Assembly (NCBI GenBank): GCA_051362555.1
Contig: CM120641.1
Location: 25,984,401-26,048,400, forward strand
Length of the DNA: 64,000 bases
Source of the DNA: Lingula anatina
Taxonomy: Eukaryota; Animalia; Brachiopoda
Reading direction: 5' to 3'
Shown here piece by piece: positions 50,301-64,000 of this stretch. A program made the position numbers and the translations under genes. The notes beneath the pieces are model-generated. The model ran no database searches. It was not told the origin of the DNA and saw only the letters and a list, made by a program, of their open reading frames with translations. The first letter of the stretch is position 1, and each line of letters starts with the position of its first letter.

Positions 50301-50542
50301 ACCTGCATCACCCAGTTACCCACGCCAATGGTCATCCAGGTCCGGGACACCATCACCACCATCACCATCACCATCACCACCACGGCCAGCCGGACATAGG
50401 GCGAGAGCTGAATTTGTCTACGAAAATGTTAGAGGACGCTCGGGCGAGCGCCCTGGGTGCCATGCCCCTGATAAAAAACGACCACGGCATTCCACCGCAC
50501 TACATGTGCGGAGGGTTAGGCCACTCAGTTTCCTCGGTGTAA
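44388..50542 (+). CDS. SIX4: Homeobox protein Six4/5, ~344 aa, 2 coding exons
   Basis: Exon 1 44388-45151 (donor GG|gtaagt) and exon 2 50272-50542 (acceptor ttacag), phase 2 join. SIX domain [15 protein letters not shown]...[22 protein letters not shown]. The homeodomain starts [11 protein letters not shown] (ETVY is diagnostic of Six4/5) and ends [13 protein letters not shown]. Confidence 0.96.
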
Positions 50543-53500
50543 CCTGCTCTGTGTGAAAACCTTGATTAAGAGATTTCTTATGACATGACTCTTTTTTTTC
50601 TTCGTTGTTGAATTTCATTGTAGCCTTTTTGTTCGATTATTTCGTGTAACAAGCGGCATATTTTTTAACGTTTTGTAAATTGGTCTGAGATATTTTAAAT
50701 GTGTCAGAAATATTCTGCGTCCTTGGTAATATTTTCATTTTTTTATTTAAAGAACTTATTTTAAAGAATAATTTAATTCAGTGTTACCATGACGATGAAA
50801 GTGTTTACACTATAAATGTCTTAAGTGTGTAAATAATTAGTTCTGGGATAACATTTATCCTGAAAATTCTATTTATATAATACGTGTGTTAGCTTAGAGA
50901 TAGAGAAAGAGAGTTTAGTGGAAAGGGGGGGGGGGTGTCAGCGGGACAATACGTCTTATAAAAACCATACCAAACGTTGTCCGTTCAGAAACAATTATGG
51001 AGCGAAGATGAAACATAATAACCAAACAAGTTTTATGCTTATACCTTTTTTTAATTTTTATTCATCTATCCATTTATTAAACCTTTTTTCGTATTACTCG
51101 GTCGGTTTTCGTGGACAGTGATATATATAAAAAACCCACAGAGTAAATGCTGAATATACGCGCTTGTAGGTTTCATATTCGCCCTAATATAGCGCAGATA
51201 TGTATAAATTTACTGATACTTGCAGGTTTCCATATCAGGTGCTGCAATGCTTGGTGCTATAATTCAAGAAGGAACGTAGATAGAAAAATTGTATAAATTG
51301 GATGCCATAGCACTCTAATTACATTATCTTCCTAATCATAGCAACTACTGCAATTCAAATAAATTTTTGAGAAAACCCAAGTGTTTGTTTCTTTAATTAA
51401 AAGGAATATGGACATTCTGAAAACGCCTTAAAAAGTCCGAAATCGAAACATTTTGAATAAAATGCCATGGTTGACTTCAATTCTGTCATCAAAGCTATCA
51501 AAAGAAAATGGCGTTCTATGATCATGATTTATGGAAAACTGTATGATTATTGATTTCACAGGTGACATATGTAAAGTGTTATCAGATTGAGAACAACCCA
51601 AAGCAATAGGTAGATTCACACTAAACTATTCTAAACTAATATGACAATAAATGGTATATACATATGTGAAAAAAGTAAAAAAAATAAATCGAACTACAGT
51701 CAGATAAAGATCAATTATTGAAAAAAAATGGCAAAACAAATAAAGTTAAATGGCCCTGATGACATTTATGTTTTTCAATACGTGACAGCATATATTTGGT
51801 AAATTCATTAATATTATATACTTCCATTGAGATAAAATGACATTGAGATGTACTAAAAAGACCTTATGCATTAAAAAAACCACTGTATGTAATTTATATG
51901 GTATATTTCAGACGACTTTATTTTCCCGCTATTATTGTTACTGACTATCAGCAAATATAACGAGATACAAATGAGGCATACTTTTTGTTGTGACAGTACT
52001 GACCTCTTCTCAAAACATTGTACTATGTACTTGGTCACTATATTTATAACATCCCCATAGGAGGTAGATTTTTCTGTTTAACCACAAAGGTTGATGTGTA
52101 TTATTTATTTATAATCATACGATCACAAAGAAAAGCATTTAAGACCACTTCCAGAAGCAGCAAGATTTCGCGGGTATTTTTAAGTGTTATACACGTCTTC
52201 TGTTTAGTAAACATTGTTAATATTGTTGTAATAGTCCAACTAATTTCTTTTACATTGAAAATTTTCTTCTGATCTCCATACTAAATAAAACCCTATTGCT
52301 TCGACATAATACAGATAATTATTTAAATGAAGATCAATATAGGCCTATATAACATAAACGCTTCTATATCTTCTTACTGCTGGTCTTTATCCAAATTTGA
52401 AAAACGCAAATGTCAAAGTACATCCTAAATTGTTTACATTCATTTGATAATCGTTAATGGAAAATGGAAAAACAGAAAATGAAACGATTTTGAATGGCAA
52501 CGACCCGTCTCTTTACTAGATCATGTTCGGTTATACACAGTCTAATCATGGATTCTTTGTTAGTCTTTGGTAAAGTATTTCGTTTCTGGAAAAACACAAC
52601 AATAGATATGCTGCTCCTCAGTGTAATGTTTAGGTAACAATAATCTAACCTAATGAATGGCTTACCCAGCGGATTAGCTCGTGTTGGCGATATTTCGTTA
52701 CATTTCCATTCATCGCAACAGTTTCAAAAAGTCACTTTAAGGACGCCGTGAATGTTTTCAGAAACCTCAGGAGTATTAAAGCGATATGTAGCTAATCAAA
52801 AATATAGCAGTTTGTTAGTTACGGCAAGGGAAAGTCACGCCATTTTCTTACCAATTTTCCCGCAAGAGTATTACTTTAATAATAGTCAATCAGACTTTCA
52901 AGTGTTGTTCACTGCCTCGTACACCTGACCCCCCCTTGCTGTTGATGATAAAGCGACAACAAACGACATGGCTTTGCGTGTCAAGAATCAACCTCCCGGG
53001 TCCTATTTCATTATGATTAAAGCCGGTTAATAAGTAGTCAAATAATTTAATCATGCAGAAAACAAAGTTACTAACACATATTGTGTGAAGTCGAAACATG
53101 AGCAGCAGTCGCATCGTATTGCAAAGAAATCAATTAAAGCTAAACCTGACAGATTGAAAATGAAGCCACCAACAGTTCGGCAGGTTTTCATGTTTTTTTT
53201 TCTGGAAGAATTGACCATGCTTTCGCGTTTATTTTGCCATTTATGATGAAGAAATATTAATGTAGGTGAGCATCATAGTTTACTCAAGGTATGAAAAGTC
53301 ATCATAAGGGTGGGACTTTGGCGCAACTCTTCCCGTTTTCACTCATTCTGACTGCCGATTTCTTTGTTTTCTGTTCGCATTCTTACGTTTAAAACCCCAA
53401 TAAAACTGGATCCCCTCATCTTTAAAACTAATCTTTTGTTTACCATGTTAATATTCTGATAAAAATATACTATTCAATAATTTCAATGAAATTTATTTTT

Positions 53501-54843
53501 TCCTTTACTTGTCTGCGATCAGCAACTAGAAAACCTCACAATTTGCTGATGATTATTATACGTTAAAGAAACCGATCTTCCCGCATAGAAATATGGACGC
53601 TATGTGCTGGAGGTTAATTGGCAGGCGATAAAAATCCGCTTTTTTGTACCTTTAATCTCATCTTCCGTCTGTGTCTTCTGACTTTCCCGTCGGGTTCAAC
53701 TTTGTTCACACTCGATGTGTCAAATCTATGAACACGATGGCTCGAAAAGTACCCGCGAGCGATACATGATCAAATTGAATTGACAGGAGCGATTTGTCGC
53801 TAAAGATTCAGTGACATTTGATACGCTGTATATAATGCAACACCTTCGACCTGCTCGTCTTATTCTATTTCGACTTATCTGTGCTAACAGAGAGCGAATA
53901 CCTGTTCTTTCGTGTTTACACATTTTATCAAAATATTTCTTTTTGCGCGGACAAATTTTTCCATTAAAAGAATCAATGGGGATTCAATGGCAATATCTAC
54001 GTGGCCATTGTTGAGGGTCGAGTGTTCGCAACTTATTTCCTCCCCCAACAAAAGGTAGATACACAAACGTATTGAATTTTCTGTTTGATCATTAAGAGTG
54101 GTGCTCACAAAAGCTATGAAGGCTTCACATGTTAGAGCCGCTTTGGTTTACACTTACACCCAAAGGCTATAAAATTTAATACCATGCTTAATTCCAAGTC
54201 TCTTCTTTATTGAAATTTGATACGTGGCAAAAAAATCTCAAAGCAAACTTTGTACCACACAGGGACATTGAGAATTGAAAACAAATTTCTTCCATTAAAA
54301 CCTGGAAGGTGGTGAAGTGAAACATCGCCGTCTAATACTGCAGAAAGCAGGCATTCTCTTAACATATATTCAGTAAAATATTATAGCAAACAATAGAAAT
54401 TAATTATTCAGTTTGCTTTATAAAGTTCTAAAGAGAAGAGGCGCCTCGCTAGTTTTTTTCATCGTTACATCATGAATATGACTCAGATACATAATTTACA
54501 TGTATTATTACAAAATCATTGAACGCGGAATGGAAGCCAACCGATTGAGTGGTTCGGTAAAAAGCGATGTTTGTAAAAGCTGCAAACAATACAGCAAATA
54601 TTATGAGAGATAGACAAAATAACCCCGGATGACTTATATATATCTATATTAACATGAAATTCCGTTTTAACAAAAACATAGAAAAAAGGGAAACACACTT
54701 TCCACGTATCTTAGCTGTCAGTTACATCCTTGCAATGAGCGCGTAAGGGATAGGATGAAGTGCTTTTGTGGGACCAAACAGAAGCGATGAAACGTCCCGA
54801 CTAGACAAACCGAAGAAGAAACGTACGAGCGGCCTGCAGTCAA

Positions 54844-54848
<5 letters not shown>

Positions 54849-54889
<41 letters not shown>

Positions 54890-54921
54890 GGGGGGGGGGG
54901 GAGAGAGAGAGAGAGGGAGAG
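54849..54921. repeat. Poly(G) run followed by (GA)n
   Basis: Seen directly in the sequence. Confidence 0.9.
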
Positions 54922-57451
54922 CAGTACCAGGATTTAACGGTGCAATTCAACCGTGATTCGCTTTTTACATACTTCAACTTACCCGAAAGCAATCACCCTT
55001 TTTGAGACTTGCAGAACTAAACATAAAAAACAATAACTATTACTTAAACAAGACTGTGGCAAATATCTGTAAACGGTTATTTACTATTATGCAGGTCATT
55101 AAGCTAGGAGTCAATGAATCGGTTTGTCTGTCCGTCAGTCAACTGCCATACCTCGGGAAAAGGAAAATTCTAATATATTTTAATAACAGCCGTGTCCTAG
55201 CTTTTTTTAGAGGTAATAATCTACGCATTGTGAAGTCTGGAAATGATGGAAAATGAATAGAAAGCGTGCACATCTTCTGGTGTCTTGTTACAACACGGAA
55301 AAGGTTGGGAAAAGAGAAAAGTCAACAAAGCAAATTGATATTCACCATACCCTGGCAACACGAGTCGATTTGTAATTTATTAATGTGTCCTCCCGTGGTG
55401 ACTGATTATGAACTATAAGTGTGGATAATTGCTTGTATAAAAGACACTAAAAGGTGGATAACGGACGCGTCGACTGCCTGCACGCTACATGTACGACAAG
55501 ACAACGTACAGACAATGCCATATGCTTTCCCATATCACGGTGTGCTTTTAATTCACTACTAAACTGCTGATATCTGAAGAAGGACGTAGACAGCTGACGT
55601 CAGCGTTGCGTAATCCACAGTTAAGTTTGATACATTCTTAATTGTTAAGAATGTGAGTTGATCAATTTTCATTCACTGAACCATCAAAAGACGATTTTTT
55701 TTATAATAAACAGTAAGAAATTATAAAGTACAACTGTTCATTTAGTTATTTATCTAATCTTCCTCTAACAAAATACTACTACTACTACTTCTATTACTAA
55801 TAATGATAAAATGATAACGTTCACTTAGCTCTTTGACTTCCTTTTCACCAAACGCCAAAAAATGGGGCTTAATGATCCTGGAGCCTACGCTTTTTTTCAA
55901 TACCTAGAAATCTCAACAGGTTTAATATTACCTAGCGTATAAAATAAACATTGAAACACTTAGATAATTCTGTGCATAAATCGGAATCAAATTTCACATT
56001 TCATTTAAAAGTCCATTTCTGACAGAAATGCCTCAAGTCAGGTTAACCCTTTGTGCCATCATTGAACAAAAAATCGCATGGAGCTGTTTGGCAAAATCTG
56101 CCTCTTAGGATGACCAGTTAAAACAAATAATATTTTTCATAAAGCTGTCTTTTATCAAAATGAGTGTGGGACACAGACTTTCTACACTGAGCTAAAAATA
56201 AAAACATGTGAATTGTTTATGTAACATGGAATAGGCTACGTACAGTTATCTGTAGCAACGGCGAATTCCTTTTGTACATATATATATATTGATAAAATGT
56301 TAAAAGTTTTGCGTGGGGCGTTTATTTGTTTGCTCATATGTACATCAAGTGTATATCTTTAGCCTCATATTATTTACAAAAAAACATTGTCCTATTAATT
56401 TTAATTAAGTTTCTAATTTAAATTAGAAATTTTAATGCACTCGAAAATTATTTCGTTTTTCCAGTTGTCAATTGCAAAAGGTCATGTGTTTTGACAAAAG
56501 AAAACATTTTAGTCATATGAAACTTTAAACAGTGGATTTGAAAATGTGACGCTCGCGGCAATCCTATAAGGCTGGGCTTCATTTTGTTCATCTCTGTGTT
56601 GCAATAAATAATAAGTAAAATAATATATTTTGTATTTTGTCATCTGCATTGCTTAGAAAGCATTGATTTTAAACACATTTCATGCTAAAATTTATTATGA
56701 AATCATTGTCATTATAAAAAGGATCGTCGTCCTATTCGGTTTCGCCGTTGGCATTTTCAACTAATCTACGTGTGACACCTGTTAAATTTCACACCTTTCA
56801 TAGTTTTGTCTCGTCTTTTTCTAAAGAAAAGGTTTTTTTTACAATGTACATGTAGCCTACGTCTAAATGGCGAAGTGCGTTGCAAGTCTTTGTTAAAAAT
56901 TTTGGCCAGTTATAACTTAACACGAAGATTTCAACCGCTACAGTTTCAGCTGAGGTTTGTCTGTCGTCTATGAGATATGTTTGAAAGGCGATATTATTTG
57001 TTATTATGGCGTAAGGCACGACCTCCGAGGACACGTTGTAAATGAGTAGAAACTGTGTGCAGAAACCGCGTGCACTTCAATTCTAAGAAATGTCAGGTGA
57101 AAATTCTACAAAATAAGTCGAGACCTGCTGAAATTTCATCACGATTATCTCTTCAGTAGGAACACACAATAAAGAGTATCCGTTAACCATTGTCGATAAA
57201 ATATCATGCTTGTAACGATTTGCCTCCTCTCCTTTGAATAAAATATGTTAAAAATAGTTGTTTTTGATACCGACCTGAGAACGAGTGCATTTTTTTTTTG
57301 TTTGTTTGTTTGTTTGTTTTCGAAAAGCGGGCATGACGCATTTTTAAGGGCAATTCATACAATCTCGGTGATATTCCAGTGAAACGTGTGACATTCAGCA
57401 CCTTGGTCGTTCGACAAACTATAACATTTCCAAATGTACTATATTAGAACA

Positions 57452-57682
57452 TGGGCTCATACACGTTGGTGGTCATGGGGGTATATTCTAATTTATTTAA
57501 CTGTACTTAATTTACATTTACATTTATTTATGTGTAATTTATTACTTTATTTTTTATATGTCATTTATTATTAGGGCTCATATATGTTGGTGGCCATGGG
57601 TTATTCTGTGGGGTAAAGCTGAATTTATTTAACTCTACTTCATTCACATTTATTACATTTATATTTATTCATATGTCATTAT
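57452..57682. repeat. Two diverged ~123-bp direct copies in the CSKMT 3'UTR
   Basis: gggctcata..gttggtgg.catggg...aatttatttaact.tactt...atatgtcatt at 57452 and ~57574. Each copy has AATAAA on the minus strand. Confidence 0.7.
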
Positions 57683-59689
57683 TTATGAACCACAACATAA
57701 AGGAAATATTCTATGCCATTGCCATAAAATCCTAGAGAGCTGTATGTGATATTGAAATGTCTATATACATCAAAATCACATAAACTATTTTCCAGAAGTG
57801 AGAGCCTTGCATCAGGATCCTCGTCAGTGAACTGTATATAGTGTCCACCGGGGGTCAAAATTCTAGTGGCCTCTTTCAGCATTTGTCTTGCACGAGACAG
57901 GCCATTGATCTTATCCTTCAGTACAGAATCCACTGTACCTTTGTCTATGACCAAGTCCATGGAATGGTCCTTCAGGGGTAACATTTCTGCATCACAGCAA
58001 AGAAAAAAGCTTGTCATTTTTGTCTTGAGTTTTGAGGATTTTTCATGCTCAGTACCAACTGCTGACTTGTCTAAATGAGATGTTTTGGAATTACTAGGCA
58101 CACCATTACATGGAATTCCACTATCATAACATATCTCAGATGATTGTGGAGCAGCATAAATTTTTTGTTGGTGAAATACAGCTTCCATAGAGAAATCAGT
58201 TAGAAACACAGAGCCTTGAAATTCAGATGCTTTACAGAGATCTAAAGTAAAATGAGATGTTCCACAACCAAGATCTATAATTCTGCATTCATCTGATTTT
58301 GGTATGAAAGGCAGAACTTTCCTTTTCACTGTTTCAAAATTGAAAAACCACTCAAACTGTTTCCCTGAGTCAATGTAACGTTTTTGCCAAGTCTGTCTCT
58401 TCGCCATTTGGCTGCCAGAAAAATCTAAATGAAAATGGCAATTTTAAAACCAATGAACTAAAAACAATTATGTACTTTATATACATTCAACAGCATAGTA
58501 AATGAACATATAAAGAAACATAAATAGGAGGGGAAGAGACAAAGAACTTGATATCTCATGTGGCTTACACATAGCAAGTAGTATGCTTCAGGTTCCCAAA
58601 GACAGCACTTTTCTCGTTGTTTTCATCAAACTCCCATTTTTGTGATACATGTTTTACACATTTGAAACCATGTAGGAAGAAATACAATTTGCCAAAAATA
58701 CAATTCCCTTTTGGCATAAATCATCATTTTTGATATGTACTGTAAAATTTATTAATAAATTAATTCAATGACATATTTTACATAACTCTGTAAGCCTTTC
58801 AATGAGAAGAGTGAAACACAGAAGATAAATTCATTAAAGGTATACTACTGAGGTTTGAAAAAGAAAACATTACAATTGTATAAGAGAAAAATGGTTTATT
58901 TTCCAAATAAAATTCTATTTGGCAGGGAAATCCCAAATATGAAACCTTTAAATCGATATCTTATATTATTATTATTATTATTATTATTTTCAAGAGATTC
59001 TAAAAGGTAAGGTTCTGCTACATGTTTGAACATAATACCCCTGAAGTGGCCTAACATAAAATATTATATTGCACCACATTCAAATAAGAAACATTTAAAA
59101 GAAAAATCTTTAAAATCTTCTACAAAGCACTGCAAATAATTAAACCCATCAACTAAAATCCGGCAAGTCAACGCTCTCCGTAATTACTTCTCTCCCCCCC
59201 CCCCCCCCCCCCCCCCCCTGCAAGTTACAGCCCTTAATATTGTAAACATTGCGGTAGAGAAGACGTCAAGTTCTCACCTGTGCATTGTGGAGAATGTATC
59301 GCTGTTCAGTGCATTGAAAGTTAGCTTAAAACAATATGTGTAAATACTCGTATAATTCGATCATTACAGTTCAACAGTGACAACAAAAACGTGGTGTTGT
59401 ATGTAATTCCTGCCTGTCACAGCGGTGACATGTGAGAGTAGACCGACGTGTTGTGCTTGTAATAATAGGAGTCGTCATAGACTCATTATAAGGGCAGACA
59501 CTTTCGGTGGCAAAGACACAGTTCACACCACAAGGCAGCATTATTGACTTGGTAGATGCAATATAACCTTGAGTTAACCTTTAACGTACCTGACTTTGAT
59601 GCAATCCCAAGAAAAGTTCCTAGAACTGAGGGTCGCTGGTTTGAGGTACACGAAGTGCACCACCGGGTATACCTCGTGGATGCAGCCAT
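57679..59689 (-). CDS. CSKMT: Citrate synthase-lysine N-methyltransferase (METTL12), mitochondrial; 2 coding exons, ~281 aa
   Basis: Exon 1 59689-59590 (aagATGGCTGC start; Arg/Ser/Thr-rich leader lacking acidic residues; donor CAG|gtacgt, phase 1). Exon 2 58424-57679 (acceptor ttcatttag, phase 1). Motifs FEWFF, IIDLGCGTS, DFS..AV, DLVIDKGTVD and QFTDEDPDARL match CSKMT rather than EEF1AKMT4. Confidence 0.88.
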
Positions 59690-61871
59690 CTTGTTTTGAT
59701 CGTCACAACTGACGCATTCCCTCTACTGTCACTAGGCCCACTTTGCGTACTTTTTAACTAGCACATCGAAACAAGATACTTTTTGACTTGCATTGCATGT
59801 TTTATGAGGAAAAAGAACACTTTTAACATTATAATGATGGCAGTTAGGCCACGCCCTTTTACGTCCCCGCATTGTTAGATTCTACCCCACACTGGTAGGC
59901 CTAAAAATGCGACACATTTTGATGTTAAAAACACAATCCTTGCTTTTAAAATTTAATTGCAAATACCGACACCCCAAGTTACAAAATTTTCGAATCGTCA
60001 TTCAAAACCCAATGAGGGGCAGCAACGATGGTGGTGAAGGGGTAGGGGCGGGAGCGACAAAGCAGGGGCGTATCAATGTGAGTAATATTAGCTTATAACT
60101 TTACCCACTTTAGTTTAGGGTAGTAATGAAATAGGCCTTCTATATAGGAATGTAAAGAGATGACCTTGGTCGTAAATGTAATTGAAAATGTTAACGTTTT
60201 AAACGTCCTTTATTCATTGCTATTCAAATAAATGTCCTTTCAGTTAATTCTGTTCTCCGCTATGTACTCCTTACGTACGCTTGCTCTCGTTAATACCACA
60301 GAAATACCGAAACCTGTGCAGTGCCGCATTTCACCGATATAAATATTGAATGATCATGATGAAACTCTCGACTCAAAAATTACTTGGTAAATGTCAAACG
60401 CCCTTACATATCTATCTCTTTCAGCTGAAACACTATGAATTATAATCATAATGTAAAATTAACAACGAACAAGAATTGATTGCACCACTGATTTAATTTG
60501 CTGGATTTCCAAAAATTTTACATGGATTTCCAAAAATTTAACATGTAACAGTGTGCGCCTTTAACCAACAAATTGCAACATTTTTGTGTATAGTTACTGA
60601 ATGTATCTGTCTTATCATCAAATGAAACCTTCCAAATTAGAAAAATGTCAGTGAACACAGATACATATAGGCAAATATATAAGATAAAGAATTTACTTTT
60701 ACATACTGCAACAAAATTTCTCTTTAAAAATCTAATTTAAAACGTGTTCCAATAGCTGACATGTCGAAGTTAAATTTCCAAAGACATAAAATATATTCAT
60801 TCCAGAGTAAAAAAAAAAATACTAGTGTTACCATAAAAACGCTGAATTTGATTACAGTGACATCCTGTATGGAATCATTGAACCAGCAAAAGCTTATATA
60901 ATTTTTTTTTTATCTTAAATATGTACATATACGAGTATACCCCAGTAGCTAAACAATGAACACCCAGGGAGTAAAATAATGAATCACCAGTTTGGCAATA
61001 AATGGCTATATAAAGAATACTTAAGTATTATGTTATGTTATAAAGTTACTAGAAAATATTGAGATTCTAATAAATATTACATCTACTCTCCCTTTAGAAG
61101 ATTATATATTTTTTTTGTTTAAGAAAATTTACAAATCCCATTTTGAACAAACATTCTAAGAGACTATGTAGAACATTTGGCAAGCAAGACCATATATGCA
61201 AATGTATATCATACATGCACAACAGTCCATTTTTGTATGCATGTAGGTTTTTCATGTGAACATCTGGTTTTGATAAACACACTTTATATTCTTATATTAT
61301 CATTTTGATTATTTAATAAATCCCATCATCAATGAAAACCTCTTTAAAATCTTCAGCAATAAGATGAAGGCAAATTTAGTTTTAAAATATCTAATCCTTT
61401 TGTCCTTTTTTAAATCTGATGTTGGGTAAAACTTCATTATGTGGTAAACCTATTTACCACCTGAAATGTTGGATTTAGAAGAGCTGTGTTAAGAATATTT
61501 GACCACAGTTCTTGACTGAATTAAATGTCAACCTAAAAAAATATTGGTAAAATACAAACAGAACACATAAATGACTTCAATTAGACAGAATGATCATGTC
61601 AATGCTGCAACAAAATTATCAATAATCTTACTGCATCTGTATAGCTAAGTCAGTCACTGGTAGTTAGCTCAACAAAACTTAATAAACTGTAAAAAAAATA
61701 ACTAAATAAACAAGCTGAAGATTGTTTTTGATATAAAATCAGTCAGGAGTATTAAATGACCCTTATTCAATATGTATGTCCCCTCTGCCCTGTCACTGTA
61801 ATCAAGTCATCTGTATTTCAACAATAATTTGACAATGTATTCAGAAAAACCTCTCTTTTTGCCAAAAATGG

Positions 61872-63671
<1,800 letters not shown>

Positions 63672-64000
63672 CTACCAACCATGCAATGCAACAAATGGCA
63701 GCAAAAACGCAAACCTAAGGGAGCCTACACACAATGTAAACATTTAGCATGCAGTACTTATAAACAAAACACAGTGACAATACTTCTAACACACACATCT
63801 TTGAACAGATAATTCAACAAGACACCAATTATAATTGGATCAACAGCTCATACCAACATGATGATTCAAACCAATTCTCATTCAATTTTAAAAATTAAAC
63901 TCTTTTTAACATTATCCAGAAAATATTTCCATTTGAAAAAATCTGACAACTGACTGAACTGTATTGTTTAAAATTAATATTCAAAACAATGACTATAAAA

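Noticed and set aside
54768-54956. Gly-rich ORF / G-quadruplex at the poly(G) tract
   Set aside because: Product of a homopolymer whose length is unreliable, with no splice or homology support.
58425-59589. snoRNA in the CSKMT intron, by analogy with human CSKMT hosting SNORA57/U99
   Set aside because: No convincing two-hairpin H/ACA structure or sequence match seen by eye; an Infernal search would be needed.

Overview
AT-rich, intron-containing invertebrate animal DNA; exact taxon not determinable, but the repeat types resemble those of marine lophotrochozoans or deuterostomes. The supplied ORF track is mostly noise or partial exons, so genes were assembled by hand from GT-AG junctions, phase checks and remembered homology (no database searches run). 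Six protein-coding genes are supported. (1) PLEKHH/max-1 (-; coiled coil-PH-PH-MyTH4-FERM): 23 coding exons at 20256-4382, stopping part-way through the FERM domain. (2) An intact 7-coding-exon Myb/SANT-like gene of the PIF/Harbinger ORF2 (MSANTD/NAIF1) type (-, 32696-29997), with no transposase partner, head-to-head with CLHC1. (3) CLHC1 (+, 34108-40569). (4) Six4/5 (+, 44388-50542). (5) CSKMT/METTL12 (-, 59689-57679). (6) The last two exons of CCDC85 (-). The PLEKHH introns carry a Helentron-like element with a 146-bp tandem array rich in AGGTCA nuclear-receptor motifs, an internally deleted pogo-type transposase ORF and several MITEs. The best novelty candidates are the apparently domesticated Harbinger-type Myb/SANT gene on a bidirectional promoter, candidate FERM-less or poison isoforms of PLEKHH, and the 146-bp DR1 array. 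No rRNA, tRNA or CRISPR was seen.
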